A stretch of 64,000 nt of DNA, from NCBI GenBank assembly GCA_965371445.1, contig CBDUYN010000012.1:10878-74877 (forward strand), given 5' to 3'. Origin of the DNA: an uncultured bacterium (lineage in GTDB: Bacteria > Acidobacteriota > Thermoanaerobaculia > Multivoradales > J023). The notes beneath the pieces are model-generated. The model saw only the letters and a program-made list of their open reading frames with translations. It made no database searches and was not told where the DNA came from. Both the position numbers and the translations under genes were made by a program. Positions 16,554 to 24,399 of this stretch are shown here, piece after piece; positions within the stretch are counted from its first letter, which is position 1; each line of letters opens with the position of its first letter.

Positions 16554-19500
16554 CTACGGACGTCCTTCAGCCTGGATCATGCCATCGTGCTCAATGCGTC
16601 GTCGCCTCTGCTCCGCTCTGCGGATCTCGATCTGGGCACGTTCACGGCCGTGGCGAATCATTTCCTGCCAGCCAGGATCGGCGTCAGCCGGACAGTCGAG
16701 CGATGCGAAGGCTTCGTCCCATTGTCGCCAGTAATCCTCCCCGGTGCCTCTCCAGACATGGCCCTCGGAGTACGCAGCTCCCGCTACCTCCTGGGGTCTG
16801 AAGTCTCCACGAAGAGCGAGCTTCGCCAAGCCCGCCCAACTCGCTTCAGGGAGCCCCTGTAGCGGCGAGAGATGAAACTCTTTCAAATCCACTCGACGTA
16901 AGAGCCGGCGGTAAAGCTCCGCCTCGCGGCCGATCAATTGTGGCAAATAGCGGGTGAGCCTCGAGTTGGCCGCGAGGTCCGCAAGCAAGGTTTTCCTTCG
17001 CTCAGATCCGAGGAGTCCGATCACCAACTTAGCCGCCTGCCCGAGCTCTGGCGCCATCTGCGAGGTCTTGAGACCGAGTTGCGCAAGCCATTCGCAGGAG
17101 AGCTCCGGATCGGCACCCAGGAGCTCCATGAGCTGGTAAGAAGCTACGCGATTCGGTGACTCGATTTCCGTACTACGCAAAACGGCTTGCCGCCAAAGCT
17201 CTCCAAGCTCGGGACGGACCTCACCTTTGGGATCCGTCATCCATTCACCAAATGCCATGGCCAGAGCAAGCGCTGGGTCGGGATGAGCGAGAACCGCCTT
17301 CGCCACGGACATCGAGAGCTCACCACGAAGCCCCATTCCCTTGATGACGGAGGGATCGTCGGCGGCTCTCTTGAGAGCTGCTTTCAGCAGGTCTGGCGAG
17401 GGCTCTGGAAGGCGAAGAGCCGAACGTATCCCTACTTCAGCGTACGCTTCGTCGCGCAGGCAAAAGCGTACGCGATCGGCAAAGCTCGGCGACGTGCTGA
17501 GCCGGTCAAGGAACGGTGCAAGCCATAGGCTCGGTACGTTCTTTTCGGTCAGCACCTCGAACCAGAGATCCGGCTCCCGCGCTCTGACCGCCAGCATTCG
17601 ACAAACGTCAGAAACGTTGCTGAAATACCCGTCGGTGATACTCTTCGCCTCTTGGGTAAGATGGAGAAGAGTCTCGACGACCTCAGCAGGGCTCGCGTCA
17701 GCCCATTCGCCAGCCAGCGCCTCAAGCGCCGACGATTCACTCGTCAAGCACTCCGAAATTGGCGGAAAGAGGATCTCGAATCGTGGATCGGGATCCAGAG
17801 GGAGCTCGACGTCCAGTCGATCCGCCAGGCGTGCCAGAGCGGCCGAAAGGCCGATTCGGCCAGCGGCCAGCGGCGTCAGATCTCGCAACATCTCGATGAC
17901 GACCTGTTGAACGAATCGTCCCTCGTCTTCCGAGACTTTTCCCCGTGAATCGGAAAATTCGAGCCAATCCCAGAGCTCGTCACACAGTTCGGGAAATGAG
18001 ACGACTCCGGTGATTCTGAAGAGCTCGAGGGCGTCTTTCCAGACTCCACCCATTTGCTCCAGTTGAGCCTGTGGCAAGGGGCCGCGCCGGGTGGTCAGGC
18101 CGGTTCGCGTTGGATCGACGTAATCACCGTATACGCTCGGTGCCAGAGTGAGACACCCGAGGCGAAAAGCGATGGCGAAAGCTTCGGTGGATTCCGCAGC
18201 CTCCGCATGTCTGCGAGCCGCCCGAATCGCCGTATGTCGACGCTCGAGCGTCTCGCCCACAGGCTCGCAGATCCACCTCCGGAGGATATCCAGTTGAGGA
18301 CAAGCTTGGGTGGACTCCTGGCTTCGGGACGATTCAGCCTGTTCGAGCAACCTCTGAATCGTAGCTCCCGGTGTCGCGTGCAGACCCGATCGGGCGATGT
18401 CGACGAGCTCGCCCGGATAGTGCTTGAATGCCCAAAGAGCTTCCCGCTCCCCCAATCCCGCGAAGGTCCCCCAGGCCGCGCTCGCTTCCTTGCGGAGGGG
18501 GTACTTCGCCGGATCGAGCCGTCCGAGGAGCCGACACAACTCTTCGAACGGGATCCGAGCACCTCGCGCGGCGGCGGCGGCGATTTCACGGACAGCACAA
18601 TCGTAGCCGGGCGCCAAGTCCAGGTAATCGCGGTAACCCAAGCCGGTCCCCTTGTGACCGAAGAAAACCGAGGAGAGCAGGACCGAACGCAAGGCCCGAG
18701 GTTGGACCGCCAGGCAATCTCCGCCGGCTTCGGACAAGACGCCTGCCGCGGTCAGCGAAACGACGCGTTTCCGCGTCTCGAGCGGGCGGAGGTCGAGCTT
18801 CTTCCCGACTTCCTTCATCGGCATCCCACGTCGGCCACCGAGGCTGAAAACGGCGAGGAGCCCCTCTTCGTCGCGTCCTACCAGCCGACGGACGCTCCGC
18901 AAGGAGTCTCTTGTGAGAGCCTCGCCACGGAGCACCGAGAACCAGTCGCCCTCAAGCCACAACGCGGCCAGGGTCGCCGCCAGGCCCGGCTTGTTGGACG
19001 CCTGATCCACGAGCTCCAGGAGGTACTCGTCCGGTGCTTCGACACCGAGCTCCTCAAGGATCTGCTGAATCTTCCGACGAGGCAAAAGCTCAAGCGTACG
19101 AATCCTCGCTGTTGGCACGTTCAGAGCGCTGGCTACGTGGTCCCGGTGGCCTCTCCAGGTGGTTGCCACAATGGAGAACGTAGCGCCGATTCGCTGACGC
19201 AGCCCCGCCAGTCTCTCCAGCCGGGCCGGGTCGGCGTGGGCGTCATCGACAATGATCACCTCGGGCTTCTGGTCTCGGATCGCATTGGCGATCTCCTCCT
19301 CTTCCTCAGAGGCCAGGAAGAGCCCCCAACCGTCTAAAGCTAGCCGATAGAGGAGATAAGACTTGCCCGCGCCGGGCTCGCCGACCAGAATTCGGTCCTT
19401 CGAGGTGGAACGTAACCACTCGGCGTCCGCCTCCCGGCCCAGAAGCTCCGTCTCGACGAGCGGACGGCTCAGGCTTGGTGGCAAGACGGAAAGGGCCGCG

Positions 19501-19949
19501 GGTTTACCGGAAAGGTCGAGAAGATCCTGGCACCACCGGGAATTTCGATAGAGCAAAGCGGCCATCATCCGCTGCTCATAGATCTGAACGAGCGTGACCT
19601 CCAGCTCTCTGGCCCGTTCTCGGAGCTTTCGACGTTGCGGCGGTGTCAGAACGCGGCTGGTGGCTACGATGACCTTGCGGCACTCTCCTCCTGTTCGGCG
19701 GTGGCTTTCGAGGCTACGCGTCAGGTTGGCTTTGACTTGCTTCTGGGTGGTGCAGACCAAGAGTGTACCGTCGGCGACAACACCGTCCATGCCGCCGTCG
19801 TTTCCACCTGGCATCGAAACCAGGGTTGGGTAGAATTTCCGAAGAAGGTCGCCCGCACAGGCCTCAAAGAGATCGCCGTCGAGCTGGTCGCCGTCGAGCC
19901 TGGGGCTCAGCGCTTCGCGGATCTGACGGTAGAAGGGGTCTTTCACCAA
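16554..19949 (-). CDS. 1131-aa three-part protein: N-terminal Mrr-like PD-(D/E)xK nuclease domain, STAND/NB-ARC-like P-loop NTPase, and a long alpha-helical C-terminal region (Avs/NLR-like architecture)
   Basis: N-terminus SMPGGNDGGMDGVVADGTLLVCTTQKQVK fits the Mrr_cat D..D...Q.K pattern. Walker A ILVGEPGAGKSYLL, Walker B PEVIIVDDAHAD, sensor-1-like FSIVATTWRG (NB-ARC hhhTTR). About 750 aa of helical repeats follow. The region looks lower in GC than its flanks. Confidence 0.7.
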   Translation of the reverse strand: MVKDPFYRQIREALSPRLDGDQLDGDLFEACAGDLLRKFYPTLVSMPGGNDGGMDGVVADGTLLVCTTQKQVKANLTRSLESHRRTGGECRKVIVATSRVLTPPQRRKLRERARELEVTLVQIYEQRMMAALLYRNSRWCQDLLDLSGKPAALSVLPPSLSRPLVETELLGREADAEWLRSTSKDRILVGEPGAGKSYLLYRLALDGWGLFLASEEEEEIANAIRDQKPEVIIVDDAHADPARLERLAGLRQRIGATFSIVATTWRGHRDHVASALNVPTARIRTLELLPRRKIQQILEELGVEAPDEYLLELVDQASNKPGLAATLAALWLEGDWFSVLRGEALTRDSLRSVRRLVGRDEEGLLAVFSLGGRRGMPMKEVGKKLDLRPLETRKRVVSLTAAGVLSEAGGDCLAVQPRALRSVLLSSVFFGHKGTGLGYRDYLDLAPGYDCAVREIAAAAARGARIPFEELCRLLGRLDPAKYPLRKEASAAWGTFAGLGEREALWAFKHYPGELVDIARSGLHATPGATIQRLLEQAESSRSQESTQACPQLDILRRWICEPVGETLERRHTAIRAARRHAEAAESTEAFAIAFRLGCLTLAPSVYGDYVDPTRTGLTTRRGPLPQAQLEQMGGVWKDALELFRITGVVSFPELCDELWDWLEFSDSRGKVSEDEGRFVQQVVIEMLRDLTPLAAGRIGLSAALARLADRLDVELPLDPDPRFEILFPPISECLTSESSALEALAGEWADASPAEVVETLLHLTQEAKSITDGYFSNVSDVCRMLAVRAREPDLWFEVLTEKNVPSLWLAPFLDRLSTSPSFADRVRFCLRDEAYAEVGIRSALRLPEPSPDLLKAALKRAADDPSVIKGMGLRGELSMSVAKAVLAHPDPALALAMAFGEWMTDPKGEVRPELGELWRQAVLRSTEIESPNRVASYQLMELLGADPELSCEWLAQLGLKTSQMAPELGQAAKLVIGLLGSERRKTLLADLAANSRLTRYLPQLIGREAELYRRLLRRVDLKEFHLSPLQGLPEASWAGLAKLALRGDFRPQEVAGAAYSEGHVWRGTGEDYWRQWDEAFASLDCPADADPGWQEMIRHGRERAQIEIRRAEQRRRRIEHDGMIQAEGRP

Positions 19950-19970
19950 GGTAAGGGCGCTCCGTGTGGC

Positions 19971-20576
19971 TCAGAAATCCTCGTCGGCCAAGGCCAGGAG
20001 CCTGGCAAGCTCCCCTTGGAGGTCTTTGTCTCGGTCGAAGCCTCGCTGCGCGATCAGCTCCAGGGACTCTCGCGCGAGTTGAAGGTCTTCCGTCGGAGCG
20101 ACTCTCAGAAGCTGCCGAGCGTCTTCGAAGTCTCGCGGCCGGGTCTCCTTGGCCGCCAGGACCTTCAGCGCCAACAGGTGACCGACCCTCGCCACCGGGA
20201 CCACGAGTCCCGACACGAGCTCGAGCGGCTCGGCCAAGGCCGCGATTTCCGTCTCGATTCCCGAGGAGGAGAACAGGAGGTCGACGAGGATTCCCGGTCT
20301 CCCGGTCCCGGGAGCGAGCAGACGCACCGTCGAAATCCTACCGGCGGTGTGCTCCAGGACAGAGTGGATCTGGTAGCCCCTCGCCTGGAGGTCCAGAGTC
20401 GCTCTCTCGGCCTCCTGGTCCTCCGCGACGGAGAGCACGACATCGACGTCGCCGGTGGTCCTCGGCTCTGCGAGGGCCGAGACGGCCAGGCCGCCGATCA
20501 AGGCCCAGCGCAGCTTGAGCGCTTCCAGATGGGACGCCAACTGGATCAGCGCGCCTTCGACAGGGCCGATCTCCAT
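19971..20576 (-). CDS. Pol-beta-superfamily nucleotidyltransferase (~200 aa, NTase core plus C-terminal helical domain), 22 bp upstream of the STAND gene
   Basis: NTase motif WALIGGLAVSALAEPRTTGDVDVVL (G[GS]...DxD), followed by a second acidic strand, then a helical C-terminal half. A start at MEIGPVEGAL was chosen because the longer ORF start (20648) overlaps the upstream small gene. Confidence 0.6.
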   Translation of the reverse strand: MEIGPVEGALIQLASHLEALKLRWALIGGLAVSALAEPRTTGDVDVVLSVAEDQEAERATLDLQARGYQIHSVLEHTAGRISTVRLLAPGTGRPGILVDLLFSSSGIETEIAALAEPLELVSGLVVPVARVGHLLALKVLAAKETRPRDFEDARQLLRVAPTEDLQLARESLELIAQRGFDRDKDLQGELARLLALADEDF

Positions 20577-20797
20577 TGCTCCACTCTCCAGGGTGCCGGA
20601 CGGCCGGGTCCGTCCCCATGCTCCGCGCCGGGCCGTCTCAGCCGCCATTCGTGCATCAGCTTCTCGATCTCCTCGGCTCCGAGATCGGGATGGCGGCGAC
20701 GGAGGCTCTGGCGTTTCATGGCCTCGGCGGTCTGACAGAGGTCAAAGGTGAGACGCATTCGCTCGAGCACCTGGATATCTCGGTTCTTCGGTCGCAT
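20546..20797 (-). CDS. Small (83-aa) protein of unknown function; its 3' end overlaps the NTase start by ~31 nt
   Basis: ORF MRPKNRDIQVLERMRLTFDLCQTAEAMKRQSLRRRHPDLGAEEIEKLMHEWRL... Position and overlap are typical of an antitoxin / regulator partner. No recognisable domain, and the start codon is uncertain. Confidence 0.35.
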   Translation of the reverse strand: MRPKNRDIQVLERMRLTFDLCQTAEAMKRQSLRRRHPDLGAEEIEKLMHEWRLRRPGAEHGDGPGRPAPWRVEQWRSALSKAR

Positions 20798-20874
20798 GAC
20801 CCGATTCTATCGCGCTTGGGGCGATCTCTCCAGCGCCTCAAGCTTCCAGGTCGACTCAGTAGGACCCAGGTCGC

Positions 20875-23289
20875 ATGGCTCCCTTCTCCGCGACTGGGAT
20901 AGAGTCGCAGCGTCTGCTCACGAATGAACGCCCTCAGAACCCACGACCCGTGAAGGATCCTGCTTTGGACAGACCGATCTATGCCAGGACCGGAAGCCGC
21001 GCCGTCCTGTTCTTCCTCTGCGTCGTGCTGCTCGCCGGCGCCGCGGCGGCCCGGACCGTGACCGTCGCCGTCGTCCGCGACGGCCCAGCCCCCGGCCAGG
21101 ACCTTGTCGCCCGAATCCAGGAGGAGCTGCCACGGCACGTCCCGGCCGGGACCACCGTCGCCTGGAAGGAAGACCCGGCCTTCGACGCCGGCTGGGACGC
21201 GGACCGCGTCCGCGACGCCCTCAATGCCGCTCTCGCCGACCCGGACGTCGAGATTGTCCTCGCCGCCGGGGCGCTCGTCACCCTCGAAGCGGCGGGCGGC
21301 GGCGTCGAGCTGACCAAGCCCGTCGTCTCCGCCTTCGTGCAGCGCTCGAACGTCTTCCCGCTGCCCTATGCGGAAGGGGAGACACTACCCGAGAACCTGA
21401 GCTTCACCGTCCTCCCGCAGCGCTTCCGGCGCGAGGTCCGGACGTTTCAGTCCCTCGTCCCCTTCCGGAAGCTCCACGTCGTCGTCGATGCCGGCCGGCT
21501 CGCGGCTTTCGGCACGACCGAGACGGTCGCCGACTGGCTGCGCAGCGAGCTGGGGACCGAGCTCGTGACCGTCCCGGTCGCCACCGAGGGCGACCCCGAC
21601 GCCTTGGCCGGTGCCGAGGCGGTGGTGCTCGCCGCGACGCCCCGGCTGTCGCACGACGCGCGGCGCGCGCTGATCGCCGAGCTCACCCGACAAAAGGTCC
21701 CGACCTGGAGCATCGTCGGTCACGGCGACGTCGAAGACGGCGCCCTCGCGGCTTTGACCCCCGACACCACGGACCAGGTCGTCCGCCGGGTGGCCTTGAA
21801 CCTCAGCCGCCTGTTGCGCGGCGCCGCCACGACCGAGCTCCCCGTCGTCCTGACGGCCGAGTCCAAGCTGCTTTTGAACGCCCGCACCGCCCGGAAGGTG
21901 GGCTATCTGCCCGATCCGGAAACCCGCCTCTTCGCGTCGTACCTCCATCCCGAGGCCCTCGCCGAGCCGACCGAACCCCTCGAGCTGGCAACGGTCTTCG
22001 ACCTCGCCGAGAGCGGCAACAAGACCCTCCGGGTCGACGACGCGGCCTTGGAGAGCGTCCGCCAGGACGCCAAGATCGCCCGCAGCGTCCTCCTGCCGCA
22101 GCTCCGGGCCAACCTGGCGCACCTCGAGAGCGACGCCGCGATCGCCATCCCGCCCGACGGGACCCGTGGCGTCCTCTCGTTGCAGCAGCTGATCTACGAC
22201 GACCGGGCCCTCGGCAACCGCCGCGCCGCGGAACACCTGGTGAGCGGCGCCGAGCAGGACCGGGAGACGACGCGCCTAGACATCCTCGCTCAGGCCGGCC
22301 GCGCGTTCTTCCTCTTCGCCCAGGCCCAGGCGCTCTACCGGGTCGAGGCCGAGAACCTTCGCCTGACCGAGGACTTCCTGGAGCTGGCTCGGATGCGCGA
22401 GGAGGTGGGCTACTCCGGCCGCGCCGAGATCGTCCGCTGGGAAGCGACGCTCGCCCAGCAGCGCTCCGCCCTCTTTCTCGCCGTCGAGCAGGCCGAGGCG
22501 GCACGCATCGCCTTGAACCAGGTGCTCGGCATCGAGCTCGACCGGCGCTGGGAAACGCGGGACACCGACGTCGACACGGAGTCCTTCGGCTGGCTCGACG
22601 GCCGGCTGGCGGACATGGCGGAAGATTCCGCCAAGCACGCCGGTCTGCGCGAGTCCCTGGTACGCCGCGCCAAGGAACAGACGCCCGAGGCCACGGCCCT
22701 GCGCGAGGCGATCGCGGCCCAGGAGATCCGGCTCGGCGTCGCCAAGCGGCGCTTCTACGTGCCGAGCTTCCTCGCCGACGTCTCCTACACGGCGGACCTC
22801 GGCGGCGGCGACAGCGGCTTCATCGAGAGCGAGGACACCACCTCGATCTCGATCGTCGCTTCCTATCCCCTCTTCGAAGGCGGACGACGCAGCCACGACG
22901 TGACCAAGGCCGAAGCCGACCGCGACACCCTGGAGCGTCAGCTCGACCTCGTCCTTGAGCTCGTCGAAGGGCGCGCCCGCACGGCGCTCCGCCGAGTCGA
23001 GTCCTCGTTTCCACGCCTGAAGCTCAGCCGCCAGGCGGCGGCGAGCGCGGCGGAGAACCTGCGCCTCGTCCAGGACCAGTACGCCGAAGGACTGGTCAAC
23101 GTCACCGACCTCCTGTCGGCCCAGAACCAGAAGTTCGTCGCGGATCAGCTCACCACCCTGGCGCTCTACGAGTACCGCCTGAGCCTCGTCGACCTCGAAC
23201 GCGCCATCGCTTTCTTTTCCACCACCCGGACCGACGACGAACGCCGGGAGCTCGCTGAGTGGATTCACTCGGCGGCCACGAGCGAGTAA
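20875..23289 (+). CDS. TolC-family outer-membrane efflux factor with an N-terminal ~300-aa periplasmic-binding (ABC_sub_bind / PF04392-like) domain
   Basis: C-terminal half has OMF repeats (QAGRAFFLFAQAQALYRVEAENLRLTEDFLELAR..., NVTDLLSAQNQKFVADQLTTLALYEYRLSLVDLERA). N-terminal domain matches the ABC_sub_bind pattern (VTVAVVRDGP..., DVEIVLAAGALVTLEAA, KPVVSAFV, NLSFTVLP, KVPTWSIVGHGDVEDGALAALTPD, ARKVGYLPDPE). The start may be the internal GTG/TTG at 20950/20965, just before the signal-like segment RAVLFFLCVVLLAGAAAA. Confidence 0.7.
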   Translation: MAPFSATGIESQRLLTNERPQNPRPVKDPALDRPIYARTGSRAVLFFLCVVLLAGAAAARTVTVAVVRDGPAPGQDLVARIQEELPRHVPAGTTVAWKEDPAFDAGWDADRVRDALNAALADPDVEIVLAAGALVTLEAAGGGVELTKPVVSAFVQRSNVFPLPYAEGETLPENLSFTVLPQRFRREVRTFQSLVPFRKLHVVVDAGRLAAFGTTETVADWLRSELGTELVTVPVATEGDPDALAGAEAVVLAATPRLSHDARRALIAELTRQKVPTWSIVGHGDVEDGALAALTPDTTDQVVRRVALNLSRLLRGAATTELPVVLTAESKLLLNARTARKVGYLPDPETRLFASYLHPEALAEPTEPLELATVFDLAESGNKTLRVDDAALESVRQDAKIARSVLLPQLRANLAHLESDAAIAIPPDGTRGVLSLQQLIYDDRALGNRRAAEHLVSGAEQDRETTRLDILAQAGRAFFLFAQAQALYRVEAENLRLTEDFLELARMREEVGYSGRAEIVRWEATLAQQRSALFLAVEQAEAARIALNQVLGIELDRRWETRDTDVDTESFGWLDGRLADMAEDSAKHAGLRESLVRRAKEQTPEATALREAIAAQEIRLGVAKRRFYVPSFLADVSYTADLGGGDSGFIESEDTTSISIVASYPLFEGGRRSHDVTKAEADRDTLERQLDLVLELVEGRARTALRRVESSFPRLKLSRQAAASAAENLRLVQDQYAEGLVNVTDLLSAQNQKFVADQLTTLALYEYRLSLVDLERAIAFFSTTRTDDERRELAEWIHSAATSE

Positions 23290-23295
23290 GCAACC

Positions 23296-24390
23296 ATGAG
23301 AAAACGTACCCAAGACACCCACCACCTCCTCCGTCTCGCTCTCCTCGCCGCGGTGGGGCTCGTCCTCTTCGGCTGCGCCGAGGCCGAGGTCCCGACCGGA
23401 CCGGATCCCGTACGGCCGGTCAAGCTGATGACCGCCGGCGGCGGCAATAGCGCGGAGATCGCCCGCAGCTTCCCCGGCCGGGTCGAAGCGGCGAACCAGG
23501 TCGACCTTTCCTTTCGCGTCGGCGGACCTTTAGTCGAGCTGCCGGTCAAGGAGGGGCAGACGGTTGCGAAGGGCGAGCTTCTAGCCCGCATCGACCCGCG
23601 CGATTTCGAGATCCGGCTGCGCAGCGCCCGCGCCCAGGCCGAACGCGCTGACGCTGACCTCACCCGTTTCTCGGCCCTGTATGAAAAGGACGCGGTCTCC
23701 GGAGCCCAGCTCGACCAGGCCCAGGCGGCCCGAGACGTGGCCGGCGCCGCGCTCGAGGATGCCGAGGCCGACCTCGCCGACTCGCAGCTCAAAGCTCCGT
23801 TTGGCGGCAGCATCGGCAAGGTCATGGTCGAGAACTTCCAGGACGTACGTTCCAAGGAACCGATCCTGAGCCTGGTCGACTTCGGCCAGGTCGAAATCGT
23901 CGTCGACGTCCCGGAGGGCTTGATCGCCCGCCGCGACGACGAGGCGCCGCCCGGCGAGCTCGTGGCGCGCTTCGAAGCGGCGCCGGACCGCGAGTTCCCG
24001 CTGACGGTGGGCGAGGTCTCGGCCCAGGCCGACCCGCGCACCCAGACCTATCGGGCGACCCTCGTCATGGATCAGCCCCGGGGCTTGAACGTCCTGCCGG
24101 GGATGACGGCGACGGTCGTCTACAAGCCGACCGGCACGGAGCAGCAGGCGGCGGAGGTGCTGGTGCCGGCGTCGGCCGTCTTTGCCGACGAGTCGGGCGC
24201 CGCGCACGTCTGGGTGGTCGACACCGCGGCGATGACGGTGAGCCGCCGCGCCGTGGTGACCGGGGGGCTCGCCGGCAGCGACCAGGTCGAGATCCGCGAG
24301 GGCCTGGCGGCGGGCGAGACGATCGCCGCGAGCGCCACGAGCCGCCTGCGCGACGGCATGCAGATCCGACCGCTAGAGCCACAAGGATAG
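23296..24390 (+). CDS. RND efflux membrane-fusion protein (periplasmic adaptor subunit)
   Basis: 364 aa with lipoprotein-like signal (LALLAAVGLVLFGC), lipoyl motifs (GRVEAANQVDLSFRVGGPLVELPVKEGQTVAKGELLARID; LKAPFGGSIGKV) and a coiled coil. Sits between the OMF and RND genes. Confidence 0.85.
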   Translation: MRKRTQDTHHLLRLALLAAVGLVLFGCAEAEVPTGPDPVRPVKLMTAGGGNSAEIARSFPGRVEAANQVDLSFRVGGPLVELPVKEGQTVAKGELLARIDPRDFEIRLRSARAQAERADADLTRFSALYEKDAVSGAQLDQAQAARDVAGAALEDAEADLADSQLKAPFGGSIGKVMVENFQDVRSKEPILSLVDFGQVEIVVDVPEGLIARRDDEAPPGELVARFEAAPDREFPLTVGEVSAQADPRTQTYRATLVMDQPRGLNVLPGMTATVVYKPTGTEQQAAEVLVPASAVFADESGAAHVWVVDTAAMTVSRRAVVTGGLAGSDQVEIREGLAAGETIAASATSRLRDGMQIRPLEPQG

Positions 24391-24399
24391 GACGCGACG

